DNA of 33,912 nucleotides from Betaproteobacteria bacterium. GTDB taxonomy: Bacteria > Pseudomonadota > Gammaproteobacteria > Burkholderiales > Burkholderiaceae_C. Under the pieces are notes generated by a model that ran no database searches, had not been told where the DNA came from, and saw only the letters and a program-made list of their open reading frames with translations. Below, piece after piece: positions 6,889 through 18,800 of the stretch. Location of the stretch: positions 1 through 33,912 of the forward strand of contig JAYUSP010000465.1 in the NCBI GenBank assembly GCA_043755615.1, in the 5' to 3' direction. The translations under genes and the position numbers were made by a program. The number at the start of each line of letters is the position of its first letter. The first letter of the stretch is position 1.

Positions 6889-9800
6889 TTAGCGGGTGCG
6901 CATGTCGGTCAACATACCGGGCGCGCCGCGACGCGGCAGTTCCCACCACCACCCGGGATCGAGGGCACCGGCCGCGCTGCGCGGCACAGGGTCGGCAGCT
7001 TCGCGCGCGGTCTCGACGATGGTAGCCGTCTTCTCGGCAGTGGCCTCGGCCAGGTCGCCGCCACGGGCCGACGCCAAGGCCGCGTCGCCGCGCGCCGGCT
7101 GGCGCGCGTTAGCGGGGCTCGGTGCATCCACCGATGCGGTGGTTCGGTTGCCATCGGCCCGCGCGTCGACGTCCAGGCCGGCCGCCGGCCGTTCGGCGAG
7201 CGAGGGCCGCCACGGGGCTTCGGCCGCAGGCCATGACGCAGCCCACCGGGCCTGGAGAATCTGGCCAGCTTGCAGCGTCGAAGCAGCGCCGCGGGCGGCC
7301 GGCGCGGCCGATGCGGCCATCGTCGGCGGCGTGGCGGCCGCGCGGCTGTCGGCATTGGCTTCCACCCGGCCGAAGGGCGACATCGCGGGCGCTGCGGCCG
7401 GTGCGACCTGCACCGCCAGCGTCGCCGCCATCACGTCGCCCGGCTCGTCGTCGTGGTCCAGGCCCAGCACATGCCCGAGTTCGTGGCGCAGAACCTCGGC
7501 CAGGCTGATGGCCTGCCAGCCGAAGCCCGCCGCGTCGCGATCGAGGTACACGGTGCTGCCGTCCGCGAGGCCGAGCATCAACTCCGGCAGATCGGTCACG
7601 ACGACCCGCACGGCAGCGAGCGCGCCGACGTCGGCGCCCTCGGCCCGCCACGCGGCCGTCGCCTGCTGCAGCGCCGCGTCGACCTGCGGCGCGTTCACCA
7701 CCGGCTGGGGCGATGCCGCGTTCGGCGTGCCAGCCGCTGTCAGCGCGGCCTCGTCGTCGACGATCGTCACCGTCGCGCTGGCCTTGCTGAATGCGACCGT
7801 GGCGTTCGACAGGGTCACCGTGAAGATCTCATTCAGCTCCTTGATCTGGTCGCCGAGGATCGTCACGGTCACCGTCGCCGTGGTGCTGCCGGCGGCGATG
7901 GTCAGGCTGCCGGTGGCCGTCGTGTAGTCCGCGCCCGCCGTCGCCGTGCCCGCGCTCGTGGCCCAGCTGAAACTGATGGCCGAGGACGACGGCGTGGACA
8001 GTGTCACGGCCACTCCGAGCGTCTTTGACCCGACGTTGCCTTCGGTCGTCGAGCCGTTGGCGATCGACAGCGTGGCGACATCGTTGTCGGTGATCGTGCC
8101 GCTGGCGCTGACCGGCGCGCCGAGCACGTAGCCGGTGCCGGCGGCCAGCGTCAACGTGGCGGTTTCGGCTGCCTCGGCAATGGCGTCGTTTAGCGGCGTC
8201 AGCGTGATCGTCGCGGCGGTCACGTTGACCGCCAGCGCGATCGTCGCGGCATTGGTGCCCAGCGTGCCACCGGTGGCCGTCACGGCGTAGTCGGTCACGC
8301 GCACTGCCGTGCCGCCCCAGGTGAGGTTGACGGTCACGGCGGTGGCCAGGTTGTCGCCGCGCGTGACCGTGAAGACGATCGTGTCGCCCGCCGCCTCTGC
8401 GCCGTTGGCGTCAGTTGCGGCCACGCTCAAGCGCGGCACGAAGCTGTCGTCGTTGTTGATCGTCACCGTCGCCGCCGTCGTGCCCAGCGTCAGGCCGACC
8501 GGGTTCGACAGCGCGGCCTGAAAGGTCTCGGCAGCCTCGAAGACCGTCTCGCCGACGACCGCCACCGTCACCGTGGCAGTCTTGACGCCGGCGGCGAAGC
8601 TCACCATGCCGGAGGCCGCCGTGAAGTCGCTGCCGGCGCTCGCCGTGCCCGCCACCGTCGCCCACGCGACCGACGTTGCCGTGGACGCCGCATTCGACAG
8701 CGTGAAGGTCAGCGTGGCGTTCGTCGTACCGGTGTTGCCCTCGGTCACCGCGACGTTGGCCACCGTCAGCGTGGCGACGTCGTTGTCGGTGATCGTGCCG
8801 CTGGCGCTCGTCGTGGCGCCCAGCACATAGCCGGTGCCGCTGGCCAGCGCCAAGGTGGCGGTTTCGGCGCCCTCGGCGATGACGTCGTTCACCGGCGTCA
8901 GCGTGATCGTCGCGGTGGTCACGTTGGCGGCCAGCGTCACGGTTGCAGCGTTCAGCCCCAGCGTGCCGCCGGCGATGCTCACGGCGTAGTCGGTGACCCG
9001 CAGCGCCGTGCCGGCCCACAGCAGGTTGGCCGTCACGCTGCTGCTTGTCAGGCCACCGCGCGTGACCGTGAAGACGAGCACATCGGGCCCGGCCTCGGCA
9101 CCGGTGGCGTCGGTGGCTGCGACCACCAGCACGGGGGTCGTCGGCGTGGCGGTGTCGTCGTTGGCGATCGTCACCAGGCCGACGTTGTCGCCGAGCGTCG
9201 CCCCGGCTGGGTTCGACAGCACCAGCTTGAAGGTCTCGTCGGGCTCGGCCGCCGTGTCGCCGACGAGCGTGACGCTGATGGTCGCGGTCGTCGCGCCTGC
9301 GGCGAAGGTGACGATGCCGCTCGCGGCCACGAAGTCGCTGCCCGCGGTGGCCGTGCCGGCCAGCGTCGTCCAGTTGACGGTCGTCGTCGCGGTGGCCGCG
9401 GCCGACAGCGTCAGCGTGAAGCTCACGCTTGCACTGCCGGCGCTGCCTTCGAAGACGGTGGTGTCGGCCACCGAGACCCAGGCCGGCGCACCGATGAAGC
9501 CGTCGTCGTTGGTCCTGGCGCGGAAGACGTCGACGCTGGACGCGCCGCCCGTCGCCAGCAGCCCGAAGCGGCCGTCCACGACCCCGGCGTTGAAGGCCGT
9601 GCTCGTGACCACCGTCCCGTTGACCACGATGCTGGCGGTGGTGTCTTTCAGCGTGACCTGCAGGCTGTAGTCGGTGTTGGCCGTCAGCACCATCGCCGCG
9701 GTGGCGTCGATCACCTGGCCGCGGCGCGGGTCGACGTGGCCGATGACAACCCGCTGGTTGCTCACGTCGATGGCAGCGAACTTGAAGTCGTTGGTCGCGT

Positions 9801-12800
9801 AGGTGTCGAAGGCCACGCCCGCCAGCGTTACCGTGCGCAGCGTCGTCGTGATCTCCAGATACGAGCGCGGGGCCAGCGTGCGGCCGATGTCGAAGGTCGA
9901 CAGCGCCGTGCCGCCCGCCACGGCGGGCGTCAGCGTCAGCCGATCGGCGGCGACGGCCGCCGTCCCGCTCTGCACGCCGCCGATGAAGGCGTTGTTGACG
10001 CCGTCGTCGAAGTCTTCGCTCAGGTCGCGCGTCAGCCCCGGCGGCAGTACCTGGACGATCAGGTCGTCCACGCGGGCCGTCGCGTTGTCGGCGCCGAGGC
10101 CGACCAGGCCGTGGCTCAGGCCGTGGCTGACGCCGAAGGCATCGACGCGCGCGGCGAAGGTGTGGGTGAAGTAGCTGACGTTGTCGATGCGCAGCGTGGC
10201 GGTCAGGCCGTTGATCGACAGCAGGAGGTTGTAGTCGGTGTCGGGCTTGACCTGCACCGGCGTCTGCACGTCGACGACCCAGCCCGCGGCCGTGCGGCGG
10301 CCCATCTCGAACTTGTTGGTCGAGATGTTGATGCCAGCGAACTTGAAGTCGGTCGGGCTGGCGTAGTCGAAGACCAGGTAGGCGTTGGCCTTGGAGCCGG
10401 CCACCGGCTTGGCCCCGTTGATGACCGCGCTGATCTCGAAGTAGACCGGCAGGTACTGGTCGACATAGAACACGCTGGCCGCGTCGCCGCCGAGCCCGCT
10501 CGGCGCCACCTCGAGACGGCCGTTCGCGACCGTCCAGTTGCCGCTGTCGGCCGCGAAGCCCACCAGCGTGCCCGTCGGGTCGACGGTGGCCGTCACGTTG
10601 TTGAAGTTCTGGCCGCGCAGCACGTCGCGGCGTCCGCCCGGGATGTTGCCCGGCTGCGGGTCGGCCGGCGCGCCGGTCTGGTCCTGCCAGTCGTTGTCCT
10701 TCTGCAGCACCAGACCCAGCTCGCCCACCGGCTCGCCGTTGCGCGGGTCGCTGGCGGCGCGGCCTTCGTCGGTGTCGCGCGTCGCGTCGGCGCCGTCCGC
10801 GGCGGACAGCTTGTACAGGTACTCCATCAGGTTCGGCGACAGCTGCCGGCTGATGGCGAAGGCACCGAAGGGGGCAAAGGGCACGAGGTAGCTGTTGAAC
10901 TCGCCAACCCAGTCGATCAGGCGGTCGCCGCCGGTGTTGCCGATCAGCACGTCGCGGCCGGCACCACCGTAGGCGATGTCCTCGTAGCTCAGGCCGGTGT
11001 CGGGCGTGTTGTTGGCCAGCGGGTCGGTCTGGCCCTTGACGGCCTGCGCGGCGCTGCCGAGGTCGTCGTCGCCGTTGTGCAAGTCGTTGCCGTAACCGCC
11101 GTAGAGGTGGTCGCGTCCGGTGCCGCCCACCATCCAGTCGTTGCCGAGGTCGCCGAAGAGGTTGTCGTCGCCATCGGTGTAGGCGGTTTTCGTGACGCCG
11201 TTGTTGGTGACGGTGCCGGCCGTGGGGGCACCGACGTCGGCCGCAGCGAAGTTGGCGACGTACTCCACGCCGCCGGGCATGATCTTCTTCAGTGGCTCGT
11301 ACTCGTCGTAGGCGGCGAATTCCTCTGCCTTGCGCGCCGCGAAGCCCGGCACGTTGCCCGGGTTGTAGGGCATCGTGTAGTCGGAGCGCACGAAGCTGCC
11401 GGTGCGGTTGTTCACCGGGTTGGTGTAGCTCGCGAACTGCTCGAACACGGCCACCGGCAGTGCCTCGGCGCCGCTGATCAGGTCGTCGCCCGAACCGCCG
11501 TGCAGGTAGTCGTCGCCCAGGCCGCCGAAGATCAGGTCGTCGGCGTACAGCGCGTCGTAGTACGGGCTCTGCAGCGTGCCGCCCTGCACGTTGAAAGGCG
11601 TCAGGTTCACGGCCTTGCGCAGGTCGTTGGTCGGGTTGATCGTGGCCTGCTGCAGGTTGCCCGGGGTGGAGATCAGCAGGTCACGTTGCGCCGCCGGGAT
11701 GCCGGCCACGCCGTACAGCGGCTCGCCGGCGTCGGTGTTGCGGCTGGTGTAGATCCTGCCGTCGTCGCCGAGCACGCCGTCGTCGCCCGTGCCGCCGGAG
11801 ATCCAGTCGTGGCCCCAGCCGCCGAGCAGGTCGTCGTTGCCGGCCTCGCCGTAGATCACGTCGTTGCCGGTCATGCCGTAGGCTGTGTCGTCGCCTGACT
11901 CGCCGTGCAGTTCGTCCGCCGCGCCGTTGTCGCCGCCGGCGGCCAGCACCGCGGCCGCGGTGTCGGGGCCACCCGCCGTGTAGTCGAGCAGCGCCACGGC
12001 GCGCGGTGCGATCCAGCCGGCGCCGGTGTACAGCGCGTTGTCGTAGTTGAAGCGCAGGAAGGCGGCGTTGGCAGCCGTGTTGTCCACATTGCCCTTGCCG
12101 ACGAGCCTGAAGATGTTCGCGTTGTCACCTGCGAGGGTGTCGGCGTCGCGCCGGTTGTCGGCGTCGCCGAAGCTGTTGCGCGCCAGGTCGACCGCCGTGC
12201 CGGCGCCGCCGAAGAGGAGGTCGGTGCCGTCGGGGCGCAGCGTCTCGGCACCCTTCAGGCCGGCGAAGAGGCTGGAGCTGCCGCCGACCAGGTCGTCCTG
12301 ACCGAGGTTGCCGAAGAGCACGTCGTTGCCGCCGTTGCCCTCGAGGTAGTCGTCGCCGTCGGTGGCCCTCTCGTTGGACGGCGACACCAGCAGCGGCTGC
12401 GACGGGTCCCAGGCCCCGAGCGTCGGGCGGCCGGCACCGGCGTCCACCGGGTGCGGGCCGGCGACGATGGTCGTCACGGCGTTGCCGCGCAGCGAAGTGC
12501 GGCCACCGCCGATCAGGTCGTCGGCCATTTCGCCGTCGCCGATCAGCACGTCGTTGCCGAGCTGGCCGAGGATCACGTCGTCGTCCGGGCCGCCGGCGAT
12601 GTAGTCGGCCCCGGAGGTCGTGCCACCGATGCTGGCATCGGCCACGTCGAAGACGGTGATGGTCCGCGACTCGACGTTGCGCGGGTTGAACTGGTCGCGC
12701 CCGGCCACCAGCGCCTGCCCGTCGGCGCCGCCGTTGACGGTGTCACCGTAAATCACGTTGCCGGTCAGCACCTGGAAGCGCGGGCTGAGGCGGTCGCCCT

Positions 12801-15800
12801 GGCGCAGCAGGTTGCCGTTGTCGCCGAGGATCACGTCGTGGTCGGTCTCGCCAGCGATCGCGCTGCTGTTGCCCGCCAGGTCGGCGCCACCGTCGATGCG
12901 GTCGCCGCCGTCTTCGCCGCCGGCGACGTTGTGGCCACCGATGAGGTCGTCGTCGTCGTTGCCGCCGTACAGGCGGTCGCCGCCCTGCCCGCCGATCACG
13001 ATGTCGTCGCCGTCTTCGCCGAAAACGATGTCGGCGCCGCTCTCGGCGCCCAGCGTGTAGCGCGCGTCGATGTCCACGTTGCGGGTGTCAATCGACGTGA
13101 AGACAAACGGGTCCTGGTAGCCGGTCCAGCCCGCGAGTTGGGTGATGGCCGCGTAGTCGGCGTTGCCCGCCATCGGCAGCGCACGGGCGATGACGCCGCC
13201 GTTGCCGAAGACGCCGGCCGCGCGTAGCGGGTTGATTGCCTCGACCTTGCCGTGGTCGGCGAAGACGAGGTCGCTGCCGGCACCGGCCGTGATGCGGTCG
13301 TTGCCCGTGCCGCCGAACACGAAGTCGAAGCCAGCACCCGAGGTGATGAGGTCGTCGCCGCCGTCGATCGGGTCGGTCGTGGCGATGCGGTCGATGTCGG
13401 CCGCGACGGCGTCGTCGCCCCACTGGGCGCCGTTGGCCGGCGCCGGGCGGGCGGCGTAGCCCCGGCTCGGATCGGCAGCGGTGTAGTCGACGAAGCCGTG
13501 GTCGCCGAGCACGATGTTGTCGAGGTCACGGCCGCCCGTCGTGGCACGCACGTAGGCCTCGCCGTCGTTGACGTCGAGCGTGTCGGCCTGCGTGCCGCCG
13601 AAGACGATGTCGTAGCCCAGGCCGGTGTAGACCGTGTCGTTGCCGCCGATGGTCGGGCTCGTGGTGGTCAGCAGGCCCAGCGTGATGTCGCTGCGGCCGG
13701 ACTGCGGAGCGTTCTGCGCCGCGGCCGAGACCTCGCCGTTGTCGCCGAAGACGAGGTTGTTGCCGTCACCGGCGTCGATGACGTCGCCGTCCAGCGTCGG
13801 CACCGACTGCACTTCGGGCGCGCCGCTGCCCGCCACTTCGATGCCGCTCCACAGTTCGCCGTCCTCGCCGCCGATCACGATGTCGTGGCCCGAGCCGGTG
13901 GTGATGCGGTCGCTGCCGCCCTGGTCGGTGTCGGTCGAGAAGATGCGGTCGAGATCCGTCGGATCGTTGTCGTCGCCCGACAGCAGCCCGCCGCGCTCGC
14001 GAGCCGCCCAGTCGATGCCGCCGCTGTCGCCGAGCACGATGTTCTGGCCGTTGCCGGCCTGCACGGTGTCGGCATCGATGCCGCCGAGGACGATGTTGTT
14101 GCCGGAGCCCGTCGTGATCGTGTCGGACCCGCCCACCGGCGAGGCCACGGTGCGCACGCTGCCCAGCGTGATCGGCTGCGTGCCGAGGAAACGGCTGCTG
14201 AGCGCGGCGGCACGGATCTCGCCGTTGTCGCCGATCACGAGGTTGTGGTCCTCGCCGGCGTTGACGACGTCACCGTCGCCGCGCACGGCGTCGGCGGTCA
14301 CGACTTCGGCAGCGCCGCTACCGGCCACCTGGATGCCGACGACCAGCTCCCCGTCTTCGCCTGCGATGACGATGTCGTGGCCGGCGCCGGTCGTGATCCG
14401 GTCGCTGCCGCCGTGCGAAGGAGCCACGCTCTCGATGCGGTCCAGGTCGGCGGGGTCGCTGTCGTCGCCGGCCAGCAGGCCGCCGCGCTCGCTGGCCGCC
14501 CAGTCGACGAGGCCGGAATCGCCGAAGACGATGTTGTCGCCGTCGCCCGCATCGATCGTATCGGCGTCGATGCCGCCGACGATCAGGTCCTTGCCGGCGC
14601 CGCTGTTCAGCGTGTCGCTGCCGCCGATCAGCGTGTCGGCCTCGACCGACTCGACGCGACCCATCACGAGGTCGGTGCGGCCGAAGATCGGTGCGGCCAG
14701 CGTGGTGGACGCCGCACGGGCCGCGGCCGTGATGCGGCCGGCGTCGCCGAAGACGACGTTGTCGCCGACACCGGCGTTCACCGCGTCGCCGTCGCCGCGG
14801 ACGAGGTCGGCCACCACGGTCTCGGGTGCGCCGCTGCCGGCGATCTCGATGCCGATGACCAGTTCGCCGTCCTCGCCGGCGATGACCAAGTCGTGCCCGG
14901 CACCGGTGGTGATCTGGTCGCTGCCGCCGTGCGACGGGTCCACGCTCCACAGCCGGTCGAGGTCCGACGGGTCGGTGTCATCGCCGGCCAGCAGGCCGCC
15001 ACGCTCGGCCGCCGTCCAGTCGATCAGGGCAGCGTCGCCGAAGACGATGTTGCCGCGGTCGGGCAGCGTGCCTTCGCCGCTGTTCGCGACGATCGTGTCG
15101 GCATCGATGCCGCCCAGCACGATGTCGGCGCCGATGCCGGTCGTGATCGAGTCCGAACCGCCCACCAAGGTGTCGGTGGACTCGACGCGGCCCAGCGTGA
15201 TCGGCAGGTCACCGAAGCGGCTCGTGTCGGCGGCGGCGGCCAGCACGCGGCCGACGTCACCGAAGACCAGGTTGTCGCCGCTGCCGGCGTCGACGACGTC
15301 GCCATCACCCGTGGGGTCGGCCACGACGCTGCGCGCTACGGCGGTGGCGTTCTCGATGCCCGTGCCGGCCGGGATCGCGGCGTCGATCACCGTCTCGCCA
15401 TCCTCGCCGGCGATGATCAGGTCGGTGCCGGCGCCGGTGACGATGCGATCGTTGCCGCCGTGGCTGGCATCGGTGGCGACGATGCGGTCGATGTCCGCCG
15501 GGTTGCTGTCGTCACCCGCCAGCGCGCCGGCCGGGGCCACCCCCGCGGCCGTGTAGGCGCGGCCGGCGTCCTTGGCCGTCCAGTCGATCAGGCCGCTGTC
15601 GCCGAGCACGATGTTGTTGCCGTTGCCGGCGCCGATGGTGTCGCCGTCGATGCCGCCCAGCACGATGTCGTCGCCGTCGCCAGTGGTGATCGAGTCGGCG
15701 CCGCCGATGAGCGAATCCAGCGTCTCGGCCAGGCCGAGCGTCATCGTGACGTGCAGCGCGGCGCCCGGGGCTGCCGCCACGTAGCGGGTCGCATCGGCCG

Positions 15801-18800
15801 TCGCCGCGACCAGCCGGCCGTTGTCCCCGAACACGATGTTGCGGCCGGCGCCGGCATCGATCTGGTCGCCGTCACGCACCGGATCGAGCACGACGCTGCG
15901 GGTGACGTTGAGCGGGCTGGCGATGGTCTTGTTGGCCAGCCTCTCGCCGTCCTCGCCGCCGAACACGATGTCGAAGCCGCTGCCGGCGGTGATGACGTCG
16001 CTGCCGCCGATGTCCGGGTCCAGCGTCTGGATCAGGTCGATATCGGCGTCATCGCCGTCGGCCACGACGAAGTCGATCAGCCCGTGATCGCCGATGACGA
16101 CGTTGTCGCCTCCGCCGGCTTCGATCGTGTCGCCGTTGACGCCGCCCAGCAGCAGGTCGCTGCCCGCACCGCCGCGCAGCGTGTCGCCGTCGCCGACGAT
16201 GGCGTCCACCGTGTACAGGCGCGCCTCGTGGCGCTCGACGCCGTCGGTGAAGTCACCCGGGCCGCCGCCACCCAGCAGGGCCACCACCGTGCCGCTGGTA
16301 TCGACGTAGGCGACGCGGCCACGGTCGCCGAAGAGGAGGTCGTCGCTGCTGCCGCCGCGCAGCGTGTCCACGCCCTGCCCGCCGAAGACGATCAGCGGCA
16401 GGGTCGACGCCGAGCCGTCCACGACGTCGTCGTCGTCAACCGCGAGGTAGTCGTCGTGCGCGCCGTTGGCAGGCAACGACGCCGGGTCGACGCCGTGCGC
16501 GCCCTGCAGGTTGAGCACGAAGAATCCGTCCTCGCCGCTGTCCAGGTCGAGCAGCACGTCGTCGTTGCCCAGGCCTGTGTTCATCGTCGTCGTCGAGCGG
16601 ATGCCGCGGCCCAGTGCATCGGTCAGCGTGCGCTGGAAGCTGCCGTCGACGTCGAACCAGTCGTTGCCGAAGCCACTCCAGATCGTCAGGCCTTCGGCGA
16701 AGTGGCCGGTGGCGTCGGCGCTAATCGTGATCGTGCCGACCGCCAGGCCGACGACGTAGAGCTCGGCGGTGGACACGAGCATCGCGTCGCGCGCCCGGGC
16801 ACGGCTGGCCTGGTCGGTGACGAGCACGCGTTGCGCGGCCGAGCCGTCGGCCACGGTCGAAGCTTCGTCGCTGATCATCAGCTGGTGCCGGCCGGCGCTC
16901 ATGTCGAGCTGCAGCGTGCCCAGCAGGTCGTGCAGGTGGCCGGTGAGGAAGTCAGTGTCGGTCGCGAGGTCGAAGTCGGCGGTCGACGACACGTAGACCC
17001 GTTCGTCGCCGGCGCCCAGCGACACAACCGTCGTGGCACTCGTGCCCCGCACGTTCAGCACGTCGTTGCCACGGCCCAGGCGCAGGTCCAGCGTGTCGAT
17101 GCCGAGGTAGGTCACGCCGTCCACCCGCGTGGCCACCGGCGCGAGCGCCGGCTCGATCACGGAGGCCGCGCCCGCCAGCGTCGCGGTGAAGGTGTTGCCC
17201 GCCACACTCACGACGACCAGCAGGCCGTCGACGGTGGACGCGCTGTAGCCCGGCAGGCCGAAGCGGTTCACCGCGGCGGCGAGCGCCGTCTGCAGCGCGC
17301 TGGCGGTGGCGGCGGTGGCCGTGAACACCGACGTGCCGCCTGCGGCCGAGACCAGCGTCAAGGTGGCGGTGGTGCTGCCCGCCAGCGGCGCGACGGCGAT
17401 GGCCACGCTGCGGGCCGGGCCGAGCAGGCCGGTGGTGTCCACGTCGTCGACCGACAGCTTCGCGTACGCGCCCTGGAAGGCGATGCGGATCACGGCGCCG
17501 TCGCGTGCCACCCGCACGTTGTCGGTGAAGGGCAGCGCATCGTTTCGCGTGATGCGATCGAACTCGTCGTCGATGTCGATCGTCGAGCCGTTCGGGTTCA
17601 GGATCGGGCTGATCGCCTTGTACAGGCCCAGCGCGTCCACGTTCCACGGCAAAGCCGGCGTCCAGCGCTGCTGCAGGGTGCCATCCGGCTGCAGCAGCTT
17701 GAAGGCGATGCGGAAGCTGCCCCCGGTCGCGCCGATGGTGATCGTCTCGACGTTGTTCGACTGCGAGACCAGCGAGCCGTCCTGCAGCTTGACGATCTCC
17801 ACCTTCACCGAGGCGTCGTCGCCGGCCAGCAGGCCGGTGTTGAACACGGTCTCGGCCCAGGCCATGTCGGCCACGTCCAGGCCGCCCAGTTCGCGCACGA
17901 AGCTCACGCGCCAGGTGTGCGTGCCCGCGGCGCTCGCCACCGCCTCGACGTCGACTCCACCCGCGCCGTAGAGCGTGCGCAGCGTGCTGCGGACGGTGTC
18001 GATGGACGCGTCCACCGCCAGCGTCGCCACCGCGGCACCGGCGCGCACCTCGACGTTTGCCGCCGTCAGCACGGTGTCGAAGGCGGTGCCGGCCAGGCTG
18101 ACGATCACCAGCTCGCTGCCGAAGGCGCGCGCGGCATAGGCGCTACTGCCGGCGTTGATGGCCGTGGCCAGGGCCGCCGCGGTCGTCGCCAGGTCGGCCC
18201 CGGCGGTCGCGGTGAAGGCGTCACCGGCGGCGCCGACCGGGCCGAGCGTGACGCTCCACGACGCGCCGGCCGTCACCGGGCCGGCCAGCACGATCCGCGT
18301 GACCGGGTTGGCGGCGCCCTGCACCACGGCCAGCGGCACCGGCACGATCTGCGCGACCGCCGTGAACGCCTGGCCCGTGCGGTTCACCACCTGCAGCGTC
18401 GCGCCGCTGGCGACGGCCGTGTAGTTCACCGAGCCGTCCTGCTCGATCGCGGCGACCAGCGCCGCGGAGATCGCCGTCAGCGTGGCGCCGCCCGCCGGCA
18501 CCGTGTAGGCGTGGGTGCTCGACACCGCGCCGGCGGTCAGCGTGACGCGCCAGATCTCGCCGGCCGCCGCGCTGCCGCCCAGCGTCACGGTGCGCACCGT
18601 GCCGGCGGCCGTGGCCTGTGCCGGGTACGCGCCCAGCGGCGGGGTCTGGACGGCCCGCACCACCGACGCCGATAGCGTGAAGGCGGTGCCGGCAGCGTTG
18701 GCCACCACCACCGCCGGGCCGTCGGCCTTGGCCATGTAGCCGGCCACGGTGCCGAGCTTCGTGGCCAGGCGCTGTGCCAGCGACACCAGCGTGTCGCCGG

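Noticed and set aside
14270-14805. RGD integrin-binding motifs (AVRGDGD, LVRGDGD)
   Set aside because: They fall in the xDGD lead-in of the RTX repeat, and other copies have RDGD, TGDGD or LDGD. Expected by chance in a G/D-rich protein.
13290-16400. CRISPR array or non-coding tandem repeat
   Set aside because: The repeats are long, in-frame, degenerate at third codon positions and protein-coding; there is no repeat-spacer structure.
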